64,000 bases of DNA from an uncultured delta proteobacterium (lineage in GTDB: Bacteria; Myxococcota_A; Polyangia; Polyangiales; B10-G4). The stretch is from positions 1,376,001 through 1,440,000 of the forward strand of contig CAVSGI010000010.1 in the NCBI GenBank assembly GCA_963727445.1. Direction: 5' to 3'. Below, one piece after another: positions 55,572 to 64,000 of the stretch; position 1 is the first letter of the stretch; each line of letters begins with the position of its first letter. The translations under genes and the position numbers were made by a program. The notes beneath the pieces were generated by a model. That model did no database searches, had not been told where the DNA came from, and saw only the letters and a program-made list of their open reading frames with translations.

Positions 55572-56432
55572 TCAGCCGAGGAGCGCGGCGAGATGCTCGC
55601 TGTGGAGCTCCGCCTCACGGCGGCCCACGTCCTCGGTCTCGTCGATCGGCGCGTGCTCGCTGTAGTCCCAGCGCGTGATCGGCAGTCGCTCTCGGGGGGC
55701 GACGTAGTAGCGCCGCCCGCGCCGCCCGACGTGCTCGGGCGCGTAGGGCCGCGTGAGCAGCACCAGGGTGTGGTCGATGCCGGGGACGTCCTCGACGAGG
55801 AAGGCCGGCGCGTTGTCGATCATCGAGCCGTCGATGAGCATCCCGTCGAAGCGGCCGAGATTGGTGAAAGGCGGCGTGGACGAGGAGCTGATGATCAGCT
55901 CGACCAGCTCGTCGATGGTCTCGCACTCGCGCGCGTCGAAGGCGCGAGGCGCGAAGCCGAAGCGGCGCGGGAGACGCGGATGCAGGCCGCCCGGCACGAG
56001 CTTCTTTTCGAGCTGATAGACCGTGGCCCCCATCGCGATGCTGAGCGCAGACGGCAAGCGACCCTCGTAGGCGGTGCAGAGGATCCGCACCGGGAAGGGG
56101 GCGTTCCGCACGCGCTCGAGGCCGCCCTCGGCGAAGGCGTGCTTCAAAGTCGCGCGATAGATCTCGTCGTGGGGAAAAGGACGCTCGCCGCGCCGCAGGC
56201 GCTCCGCGCTGAAGAGCCCGCGGACACCGACGCGGCGCGCCGCGAAGAACGCCTTCGCTTCGGCGATGCGCTCACTCAGGATCAAGGTGACCGCGGCCGC
56301 GCCCGCGCTCACGCCCGCCACGGCGCCCACGCGAGGCCATAGATCGTTCGCCCAACGCTCCATCCAGCCGATCTGATAGAACGCGCGATTGCCGCCGCCA
56401 GCGAAGGTGATACCGATGTTCCGCTCAGTCAC
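55572..56432 (-). CDS. patatin-like phospholipase
   Basis: AGGGNRA oxyanion motif, GVSAG nucleophile elbow, IDGS. Start 56432 or 56462. Confidence 0.88.
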   Translation of the reverse strand: MTERNIGITFAGGGNRAFYQIGWMERWANDLWPRVGAVAGVSAGAAAVTLILSERIAEAKAFFAARRVGVRGLFSAERLRRGERPFPHDEIYRATLKHAFAEGGLERVRNAPFPVRILCTAYEGRLPSALSIAMGATVYQLEKKLVPGGLHPRLPRRFGFAPRAFDARECETIDELVELIISSSSTPPFTNLGRFDGMLIDGSMIDNAPAFLVEDVPGIDHTLVLLTRPYAPEHVGRRGRRYYVAPRERLPITRWDYSEHAPIDETEDVGRREAELHSEHLAALLG

Positions 56433-56478
56433 GGGGGCGCAGCATATCCCCAAAAGGCGCATCGCGCCGCCGCGTGCT

Positions 56479-56790
56479 TCAGAGCTCGGCGCCGCTCGTC
56501 GAGTGGCGGCAGTGCGCGTAGGCCTCCTCGTCGACGATGTCGGAGCGACAGACGTAGGTCACCGCGAGGTTGCAGCCGCGCACGCGATAGACGCGCTCGC
56601 CGTCCTGTTCCATGAGTCGTTCGCTCGAGAGCTGGGCGGGGTTGCAGCGCAGTCGGCGGGAGGCGTCGGGGAGGATCTTTTCGAGCTCGGCCTCCATGGA
56701 TTTGACCCGAAGCTGACGAGCGTTCATCGGGAAACAAGACGTCAACAATCCCAACCCCGCGACAATCCAGGCTTTTTGCCAGTTTCCCAC
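56479..56790 (-). CDS. small hypothetical lipoprotein
   Basis: Lipobox LLTSC; ASRRLRC..YRVRGC..TYVC pattern. Confidence 0.65.
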   Translation of the reverse strand: MGNWQKAWIVAGLGLLTSCFPMNARQLRVKSMEAELEKILPDASRRLRCNPAQLSSERLMEQDGERVYRVRGCNLAVTYVCRSDIVDEEAYAHCRHSTSGAEL

Positions 56791-56860
56791 CCACTGCCCA
56801 TGGTAGGCCTCACGAGGCCGCGTGGCGACCCCGAAGCCGTTTGCTAGAAACCGCGTCGCA

Positions 56861-57730
56861 ATGCGCACCTCCCTCTCCCTTGCCTCCCTCCCCCTTCTCC
56901 TCCTCACCGCCTGCAGTCAGTCGACGACGGCCGAGCCGGATAGCGGGATCACCTTCATGGCCCCCGATGCGACCGCCGACAGTGGAAGCGGCGGCGGCGA
57001 CGGAGGAGGCGACGCCGCGATGACGGGCGACGGCGCGATCATGTCGACCGACATCGGACAGACCTGCGGCACGGACACCGACTGCTCCGAATTCTGCGCG
57101 ACGGATGGCGAGGGCTTCCGCGATGGGTACTGCACCCAGTTCTGCGATGACATGACGCCCTGCCCCGGCGACTCGATCTGCCTTCAGGTGAGCCGCGATC
57201 AGTCGTGGTGCTTCGCCCAGTGTGACCCGAGCGCGGCCGACCGGCCGTGCCGCGCGGGCTACGGCTGCGCCGTCGACATCTCCATTCCGGCGCCGGTCTG
57301 CATCCCCGGCTGCACCGACGACACCGATTGCCCCGACTCGACCGTCTGCAACCCCGAGGGGGGCGGCCGCTGCTACAGCCCCGACGCCAACTGGGGCGAC
57401 GCCTGCGCCCAGAGCACCGAGTGCCCCGACGGCGCGTTCTGTTTCGCCGAAGCGTTCCGCGGCTGGCCAGGCGGCATGTGCATCGCCTTCGGCTGCGACC
57501 CGGCCGACACCACCGGCGGCGGCTGCCCGATGGGCACCGAGTGCGTCACTGGGGGCGGTCGCTTCGGTCGCTGCGTCGTGTCCTGCGAGACGACAGACGA
57601 CTGCCGCGACGCCTACACGTGCCAGGCCGACATGATGTATCCCGACCGCATGACCTGTCAGCCCGCCTGCGAGAACAACTCGCAGTGCACCGAGAGCCGC
57701 GTCTGCACCGATATGGGCACCTGCGGGTAG
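56861..57730 (+). CDS. Cys-rich lipoprotein
   Basis: Lipobox LLTAC; DGG linker; repeated G..C....(D/E)C..(D/G)GxC..C units. Confidence 0.85.
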   Translation: MRTSLSLASLPLLLLTACSQSTTAEPDSGITFMAPDATADSGSGGGDGGGDAAMTGDGAIMSTDIGQTCGTDTDCSEFCATDGEGFRDGYCTQFCDDMTPCPGDSICLQVSRDQSWCFAQCDPSAADRPCRAGYGCAVDISIPAPVCIPGCTDDTDCPDSTVCNPEGGGRCYSPDANWGDACAQSTECPDGAFCFAEAFRGWPGGMCIAFGCDPADTTGGGCPMGTECVTGGGRFGRCVVSCETTDDCRDAYTCQADMMYPDRMTCQPACENNSQCTESRVCTDMGTCG

Positions 57731-57763
57731 CCCTTCCGGGAGGGGGGTAGTACCGTCGGAACG

Positions 57764-59435
57764 ATGACGTCCCGTCTCTGGACGGTCGCATGCGGCCTCC
57801 TCGCGCTCGCCGGCTGTAGCGCCGACGTCGTCTTCGAGCCGGGTGGCATCGCGCTGTCAGGCGATGGAGCGGGCGTGGTGCTTCCGTCCATCGCGCCAGC
57901 GCCGGCGCTGGTGGCGGCCGCCGATCCCCAGCTCGACGGTTTCGACGGATGGCCGCTGGTCTTCGATGCGGAGCATCACGCCGTCGACGGCCGAAGCTGT
58001 CGCATCGTGCTCATGCGCGACGACCTGATAATCGCCGAGCCCGAAGCGGTGTCGAGCGCGGGCACCTGCGCAGCCGTGTGGGATGGACGCACGACGGGGG
58101 CGGCGCGCGTCGCGCCGGGCCTCGTCGAGGTGACGGCGACGGTGAGCTCGGCGGAAGGCGAGGTGCTCGCGACCGCCATAGCGCCGATCGAGATCGTCCG
58201 CCTCGGCATCTCCGAGATTCAGCTCGCGGCGGTGGCGGGGAGCGGCGCACGCGTACCCCTTCTCTATCGCGCGACCGACGGCGTCCGGCGCGGCTTCTAC
58301 GAGCTCGCCGACGATACGGTGCCCTTTCGCATGGCGCCGGACGCGTCGGAGGATGCGCTCGCGGTCGACCTCGAGCTCGCCGATGGGACGCCGCGCGCCG
58401 TGCCGGACACGTGGGCGGATTCTGACGAGCCCGCCCCTCGACGCGCGCGCGGCCGACGGGGTCGAGCACGACACCTTCAACCTCCCCGCGGCCTTCGTCG
58501 CCGGCACCTCGGTCGCGATCGACGCCACGCTGAGCGCGAGCGTCGCCGGAAGTGAGGGCGGCGGCGCCCCGACCGCCACCGAGGTCCGCGTGCTCCCGCC
58601 GGAGGGCACGAGCTTCGAAGGCGACGGCCTCTTCGGGCACGACGAGGTGCTGAGCGCGACCACCACCACCTCGCCGGTGCCCGCGGTGGGGCGCTACGAC
58701 CTCTCCCTCGTGTGGCGCTTCGAAGCCCGCGCGCCGGGTGGCGATTGGCAGGCGGTGCCTGGGGAGATCGTGACCGTCCATCGTCTCTACGGACTGGTGG
58801 ACGAGCCGATCTTCGATTTCGCGAGCGTGCCGCACCGACCGTGGGTCGACGTGGTGGACACGGTCGCGGGTTGGGTCGACGGTCGCACCAGCGACGCCGA
58901 CGAGGTCGCCGGACAGATCGTCGAGGGTGTGTACTACGAGCTGGGGCTTCGATACGACCGCGAGCGCGGCGCGTCGTTCTACACGAACTATGGGAGCGGC
59001 TTTTCGGACGCAGTCTTCGACGCCTCGCAGTTTCAGGACCGCGCCAACGGCGACGTCATCAACTGCTCCGACGCGGCGAGCATCGTCTCGAGCTACGCCA
59101 ACATGATGGGGATCGATCTCCGCTATCACATCCTCACGCACCGCACCGACACCGGATTCGACCTGAACTTCATCCAGGCCATCGGCTGGATGGGCTTCAC
59201 GGAGACGCCGTTCACCAGCGGACGCGGCGCCTTCCGCTATCACGCGGTGGTGGGTCCGCCCGACGGCCGCTTCTTCGACGCCACTCTGGCTCTCGACGGC
59301 GATGGGACGCCGACCGCGCTGCCGAGCGTGCTCTTGTTGGCTGAGGGCATGATGCCCGACGACTACAAGCGGGACCTGTCGAGCGAGTGGATGGACGTCC
59401 AGACGACCATGGACGACAAGGTGCGGATCCGATGA
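57764..59435 (+). CDS. lipoprotein with C-terminal transglutaminase/papain-like Cys-His-Asp domain (one frameshift near 58420)
   Basis: Lipobox LAGC; FlgD-like WDGR motif; INCSDAA..FRYHAVV..FFDATL; removing one T joins the ORFs into 556 aa. Confidence 0.75.
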
Positions 59436-60106
59436 AGCGCATCTTCGTCCTGGCGCTCGCGCTCTTCGCATTCGGTCCGTCGGCCGCCAGGGCACAGCAG
59501 ATCCACGCGGGCGTGGACGTGGGGGCCGTGGTGCCGGCGGCGATGCGCGTCGTCGACGTCGTCGTGCCGGACCGCGCCGAGAGCCCGGTTCGGCTTTCCC
59601 TCGCCGCGCAGGACGACGGCCAGGCTGCGCTTCTGGTGGACGTCTGGGTGACGCCGGAGTCCCGGGCCGCGCGCGAGCGCTACCAGCACGCCCTCGCCGA
59701 GCTCACGAGCGTCGTCGCCGAGGCGCCAGGGCTCGGTGATTCGGGCGTCGCCGACGCGGGCTTCGCCGCGTTCGTTCGAGACAACGTCGCGGTGGCCATC
59801 CGCCGCATCCGCGGCGGACACGACGTGGTTGCGCTCGCGCGCCAGATCGATCGGGCCATCGCCGCCTCACCCGCCGGGCCGGCGCGCGCCTCGCGCGCGC
59901 TTCAGCTTCCAGACCTCGACGCGATGGCCGTTGGCGAGCACGCGACCATCACGCTCCCGACGTGGGCACTCGACGCCAGCTTCACCGCGCATGGTGACGC
60001 CCGCGTCCGCCGCACGCGCGACGGTTGGCTGCTCACCCGGACCGGCGACGGCCCCGCGCGGCTCGAAGCGCACGCCGTCGACCACGCGCTCCGGCCGATG
60101 CGTTGA
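59432..60106 (+). CDS. exported hypothetical protein
   Basis: Signal peptide MKRIFVLALALFAFGPSAARA-Q; ATGA overlap with the upstream gene. Confidence 0.75.
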   Translation: MKRIFVLALALFAFGPSAARAQQIHAGVDVGAVVPAAMRVVDVVVPDRAESPVRLSLAAQDDGQAALLVDVWVTPESRAARERYQHALAELTSVVAEAPGLGDSGVADAGFAAFVRDNVAVAIRRIRGGHDVVALARQIDRAIAASPAGPARASRALQLPDLDAMAVGEHATITLPTWALDASFTAHGDARVRRTRDGWLLTRTGDGPARLEAHAVDHALRPMR

Positions 60107-60109
60107 GCT

Positions 60110-60355
60110 TCAGAGATCGCCGAGGATCGTCCACGGGATCGCGCTGATCGCGGTCCCCAGGAGCAGGACCGCCGCGGCGGCGAAGGTGATCACGGTATTC
60201 GCCACCGGGCGGGCGCGCAGCAGCGTCAGCCACTCGGAGGTGAGAGTCGGAAGGGGCGCGTGGGCCGCCAGCACCACCGTGCGCATCCGTTCGAGCTGCG
60301 CGTCGCTGGGAGAGAGAGGGCCGAACGCTTCTTCGAGTCGGGCGTCTTCACTCAT
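60110..60355 (-). CDS. small membrane protein, putative anti-sigma factor
   Basis: 81 aa with one C-terminal TM helix; 4-nt overlap with the ECF sigma gene. Confidence 0.65.
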   Translation of the reverse strand: MSEDARLEEAFGPLSPSDAQLERMRTVVLAAHAPLPTLTSEWLTLLRARPVANTVITFAAAAVLLLGTAISAIPWTILGDL

Positions 60356-60987
60356 GTGGATGCTCCCTCTCGTCGCGACGCGTGTCCCTCGTCGCTGAGC
60401 ATCGCGAGCAGACGCTTCCGCTGCCGCTCGCAGATCTTCCGCACGTTCGCGCCGCTGAGCCCCGTGAGCTCGGCGACCTCCGCGGCCTCGAGACCGGCGC
60501 CGTAGCGCAAGCTCACGACCTCGCGGTCACGTTCCGGCAGCTCGGCGAGGGCGGCGAGGAGGCGCGCGCGGCTCTCGGCGCCGAGGAGCTGCTCTTCGGG
60601 TGTCGCAGGCGCCTCCTTCACGTCTCGCGCCGCGTCCTCTTCGGCGAGCTGACGGCGCCGCCCACCTCGGGTCGAGCGATTTCGCGCCGCGTTGAGCGCG
60701 ATGGTCGAGAGCCAGGCGAGGAAGCGCCGCCCAGGACGCGCTTCGTAGCTGCCGAGGGAAGCGAAGGCCTTGATGAAGGCGTCCTGGACGATGTCCTCGG
60801 CCTCGGCCTCGCTCTTACAGAGCGCGCGCACCGCGCGAAAGACGCGATGCACGTGCGCGCCATAGAGGGCCGCCATCGCCTCGGTGTCGCCTCGGCGCGC
60901 CCGGCGAACGAGCGCGAGGGTCTCCTCCTCGGGGAGCTCGGACGCGGGGCCGAGGCGATGGCTGAGGATGGCGAAGAGGAAGTACAC
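60352..60987 (-). CDS. ECF RNA polymerase sigma factor
   Basis: AEDIVQDAFIKAF, FLAWLSTIALN, LAELPERDREVVSLRY..EVAELTG; GTG 60987 lies just after the upstream stop. Confidence 0.92.
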   Translation of the reverse strand: MYFLFAILSHRLGPASELPEEETLALVRRARRGDTEAMAALYGAHVHRVFRAVRALCKSEAEAEDIVQDAFIKAFASLGSYEARPGRRFLAWLSTIALNAARNRSTRGGRRRQLAEEDAARDVKEAPATPEEQLLGAESRARLLAALAELPERDREVVSLRYGAGLEAAEVAELTGLSGANVRKICERQRKRLLAMLSDEGHASRREGAST

Positions 60988-60989
60988 GG

Positions 60990-61814
60990 TCAGGCGCGGC
61001 CTTCCATGAAGCCGAGGGTCCACACCGACGAGCGGAAGGTGCCGGTCGCGCCGCGAACCACGACGATCGCAGGCAGACCCAGGAGCGTCGCGCCCACGAT
61101 GGCGGGAACGAGACCCGCGGTGAAGTAGAGGGCGAAGCCCACGATGGCGGCCGGCAGACACGCGACGAAGGTCGCGAAGCTCCCGCCCACCTGTCCGGCG
61201 AAGGACAGAAGGGTCAGCCGAATCGCATCGGCGAGCCGCCCGTGGAGGAACCGGCGCGCCGCGCGGAGCGCGTCGCGCACGCGCATGTAGTCGAGCACGA
61301 CGAAGCGGAGGCCCAGCTCGTAGAGGAAGTACAGGGTGAGCGCAGCGGGGATGGCGACCACCACGAGAGGAAGCGCCAGCAGCGCCGCGGCGAGCATCGG
61401 GACGAGCTCGAAGGCGCCGAGGGCGAGGGGTGCGACGATGACCACGCCGATGCTGAGGAACGACGCGGCGAGCAGGAGCTTGAGGCCGAGCACCGACCAG
61501 AAGTGACGGCGACTCTCCCTGAGGCCGTCGACGATCCCGAGCACCTCGCGCTTCTCCGAGTCGTCGCGGACGCCGCGGATGAGCGCCGCCTCGGACAGGA
61601 CGTGGAGGATGCCGGCGACGAGGCCGAGGGCGGCCAGGACGGCGGCGAGGATGAAGAGCCAGGTGGGAACGACCCCTCCGCCGGCCGCCCCGCCGGTCTC
61701 GGCCCCGCCCCCACCGCTCGAGCCGGCGGCGGCGACGAAGAACCCGAAGAACCAGAGGTGCTTGTGGGCCCAGAGTGTGGTCAGCGAGCGCTTGGCGATG
61801 CGAGAGAGATTCAC
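60990..61814 (-). CDS. multi-pass membrane protein
   Basis: HKHLWFFGFF..GSSGGGG N-terminal motif and five to six TM helices; first gene of the ECF operon. Confidence 0.8.
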   Translation of the reverse strand: MNLSRIAKRSLTTLWAHKHLWFFGFFVAAAGSSGGGGAETGGAAGGGVVPTWLFILAAVLAALGLVAGILHVLSEAALIRGVRDDSEKREVLGIVDGLRESRRHFWSVLGLKLLLAASFLSIGVVIVAPLALGAFELVPMLAAALLALPLVVVAIPAALTLYFLYELGLRFVVLDYMRVRDALRAARRFLHGRLADAIRLTLLSFAGQVGGSFATFVACLPAAIVGFALYFTAGLVPAIVGATLLGLPAIVVVRGATGTFRSSVWTLGFMEGRA

Positions 61815-61893
61815 GGATTTTTCCCCTTTCTACAGGGAGAACCCGTGAGGGCGCAGCGGCGTGACAGAGCCGGGGTCGATTTTTTCGCCGTTC

Positions 61894-62901
61894 TCAGGCG
61901 GGGGCGAGGAGGGCGCGGGCGGCCTCGACGATGCGCCCGACGTTGGGCAGGGAGGCCTGCTCGAGGTCGCGCGCGAAGGGGAGCGTGCCTCGTACGCAGA
62001 CCCGCGCGAAGCGCGGGGTCAGGCCGTGCTCGAGGGTGATGGCGGCGAGCTCGCCGGAGAGCCCGAAGCGCTCGAAGTCCTCGTCGACGACCAGGAGGCG
62101 CCCGGTCTCGTTCACCGACCGCACCACGGTGGCGGCGTCGAGAGGGCGAACGGTACGAAGGTCGATCACCTCGGCCTCGATGCCGTTGGTGGCGAGCGCG
62201 GCGGCGGCTTCGAGCGCGCGATGCACGGAGACGCCGAGGCTCACGACGGTGACGTCGCCGCCCTGTCGGCGGATCGCGGCTTCACCGATGGGGACGAGGG
62301 GAAGCGCTTCGGACACGTCCTCCTCGACGCCCGCGGCGGGCACGTCGAAGCTCACGTTGTCACGCCCGCCCGTGCCGAGGGTCTCGCGCCACAGGTCGCT
62401 CAGGAGCTTGTGCTCCATGAACACGACCGGTCCCTCGAAAGCGATCGCGCTCCGCATCAGGCCCGCCGCATCCCCGGGGGTCGATGGGACCACCACCGTG
62501 AGCCCCGGGATGCCGCCGAGCATGCCCCAGAGGCACTGCTCGTGCTGTCCTCCATCGCCCAGGCCCCCTCCGCACGGCGCGCGGAGCACCATCGGCACCT
62601 TCCATCGCCCTCCGGAGAACGCATCGACCTTGGCCATGTGGTTGAGCACCGCGTCCATCGCGACGGCGACGAAGTCGACCATGATGAGCTCGACGATGGG
62701 GCGCATCCCCGCCATGGCCGCCGCGACGCCGGCGCCGACGAAGGCCCCTTCGCTGATCGGCGTCGCGCGAATACGCTCGGGGCCGAAGTGCGCGAAGAGC
62801 TCGGGCCTGAGCCCGTGCACGTCCTCGCCCATCACGAAGACGCGGGGGTCCGCGTCCATCTCGAGGCGCACGGCGGCGTCGATGGCCTGACCAAACCTCA
62901 T
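61894..62901 (-). CDS. TPP-dependent 2-oxoacid/acetoin dehydrogenase E1 beta subunit
   Basis: Own RBS (GAGGAGG) and ATG 62901; MGEDV, TPISE, GMRPIVE, QHEQ, EVIDLRTVRPLD. Confidence 0.93.
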   Translation of the reverse strand: MRFGQAIDAAVRLEMDADPRVFVMGEDVHGLRPELFAHFGPERIRATPISEGAFVGAGVAAAMAGMRPIVELIMVDFVAVAMDAVLNHMAKVDAFSGGRWKVPMVLRAPCGGGLGDGGQHEQCLWGMLGGIPGLTVVVPSTPGDAAGLMRSAIAFEGPVVFMEHKLLSDLWRETLGTGGRDNVSFDVPAAGVEEDVSEALPLVPIGEAAIRRQGGDVTVVSLGVSVHRALEAAAALATNGIEAEVIDLRTVRPLDAATVVRSVNETGRLLVVDEDFERFGLSGELAAITLEHGLTPRFARVCVRGTLPFARDLEQASLPNVGRIVEAARALLAPA

Positions 62902-63924
62902 GAGCCCTCCTCCTCGGTGATGGCACGAATGGCGGAGGCGACCTCGTCGACGAGCGCGCGATCGATGGCGTCCACCTCGGCTTCGTGACTCTTCACGAGC
63001 TTCTTTCGAATGCGGACGAGGGGATCGCGCCGGTCGCCGCGGCCCTCGCTCCGCGCCTTGATCATCGAGCCCGAGCATGGAGCCGAGGCTGCGCGCCCGC
63101 TCCGAGACCCCGGCCCCGCCCGAGCCGAAGAGCCCGCTCAAGAGCTCCCGGGTCGTCCCAATCGCCTGTTCGGAGGTGGGGTCTTTCGAGACCTTCACCA
63201 GGGGATCGCCCAGGAAGTGTCCGTCGAGGCGAGCCACTTGCGCGTGGAGAAGCGCCGGCCCCTTGCCGCGCCGCACGTCGTGAAGGAGCTTGCCGGCGAC
63301 GGCGTCGACCGCTTCGGGATCGGTTCCCTCCACGTCTTCCACGCGGAGACCGAAGCCGCGGGCGCGCTGCGAGAGCTCACCCCCCGTGACCTTCTCGCTC
63401 CGCGTGGTGATGGCCCAACCGTTGTCCTTGCAGACGAAGAGCACCGGCAGGCCCCAGGCCACGGCGAGGTTGAAGCTCTCGAGGACCATGCCCTGATTCA
63501 TGGCGCCGTCCCCGAAGAACGCGAAAGCGACCCCGCTCTCGCGACGCAGGTGGTGAGCCAGGGCGAACCCTACGGCGGCCGGCGCCGCAGCACCGACGAT
63601 CCCCGAGGCCGCGGCGTGGAATTCCGGCGCGTAGAGGTGCATGTGTCCCCCGCGGCCGCGACAGAGGCCCTCCTCGCGACCGATGCACTCGGCGAGAACG
63701 TCGCGCGCCGGCACGCCCAGGCCGGTCAGCACCGGGCTCGCGCGGTGATCGATGGCGTAGTAGTCGTCGGGCCCGCGATACGCGAGCAGCCCGGAGATCA
63801 ACGCCTCCTCCCCCGTCCCCAGGTGCATCTCGCCGGGCGCCAGCCCCCGATGCCAGAGCTCCGCCAGCCCCAGCTCCACGGCCCGCATCCGCGCCATCAC
63901 GCGGTAGTGGTCGAGCAGCTCCAT
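62898..63924 (-). CDS. TPP-dependent 2-oxoacid/acetoin dehydrogenase E1 alpha subunit (one frameshift near 63071)
   Basis: GEMHLGTGEEA, HR, GRGGHMH, FFGDGA..N TPP motif; the alternative frame gives a normal DPL..helical C-terminus that stops at 62898. Confidence 0.9.
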
Positions 63925-64000
63925 CGCACCTCCAGAGACGAGAACTAGCCGCCGATCGAGCGCCCGCTACCCCAGTGATAGGATGGGCGAGATGGAGCGG

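Noticed and set aside
61894..63924. Natural E1 alpha-beta fusion protein
   Set aside because: The linker reads as off-frame sequence; the alternative frame restores the alpha C-terminus and stop, and beta has its own RBS and ATG.

Overview
High-GC bacterial DNA. A myxobacterial origin (Myxococcota, Polyangiales-like) is inferred from six Hanks-type Ser/Thr kinase genes, PEGA/TPR proteins, Cys-rich lipoproteins, an FHA-sigma54 activator and a MYXO-CTERM protein. About 50 CDS; I recognised no rRNA, tRNA, CRISPR array or mobile element. Two loci stand out. (1) 3.6-12.3 kb is a candidate trans-envelope electron conduit: a predicted outer-membrane beta-barrel, three multiheme cytochromes c (10, 23 and 11 CxxCH, 44 in total), a four-His cytochrome b-like inner-membrane protein and a divergent membrane-anchored Fe-S/FAD/NAD(P)H oxidoreductase with a circularly permuted thioredoxin-reductase-like fold. 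(2) 47.8-51.9 kb is a three-gene operon resembling Zorya type III (DUF3348-like, ZorA/DUF802-like, DUF2894-like) in which both the ZorA MotA-like channel segment and zorB seem to be missing. Also present: a three-hairpin RNA with C-rich loops downstream of lon, a long MoxR/RavA-like ATPase with a vWA partner, a dual-domain kinase, a GCS2-CBS ligase and four single-base frameshifts, three of them at GATC->GATTC (probably a systematic sequencing error). Family assignments come from motif reading and recalled consensus, not from database searches.
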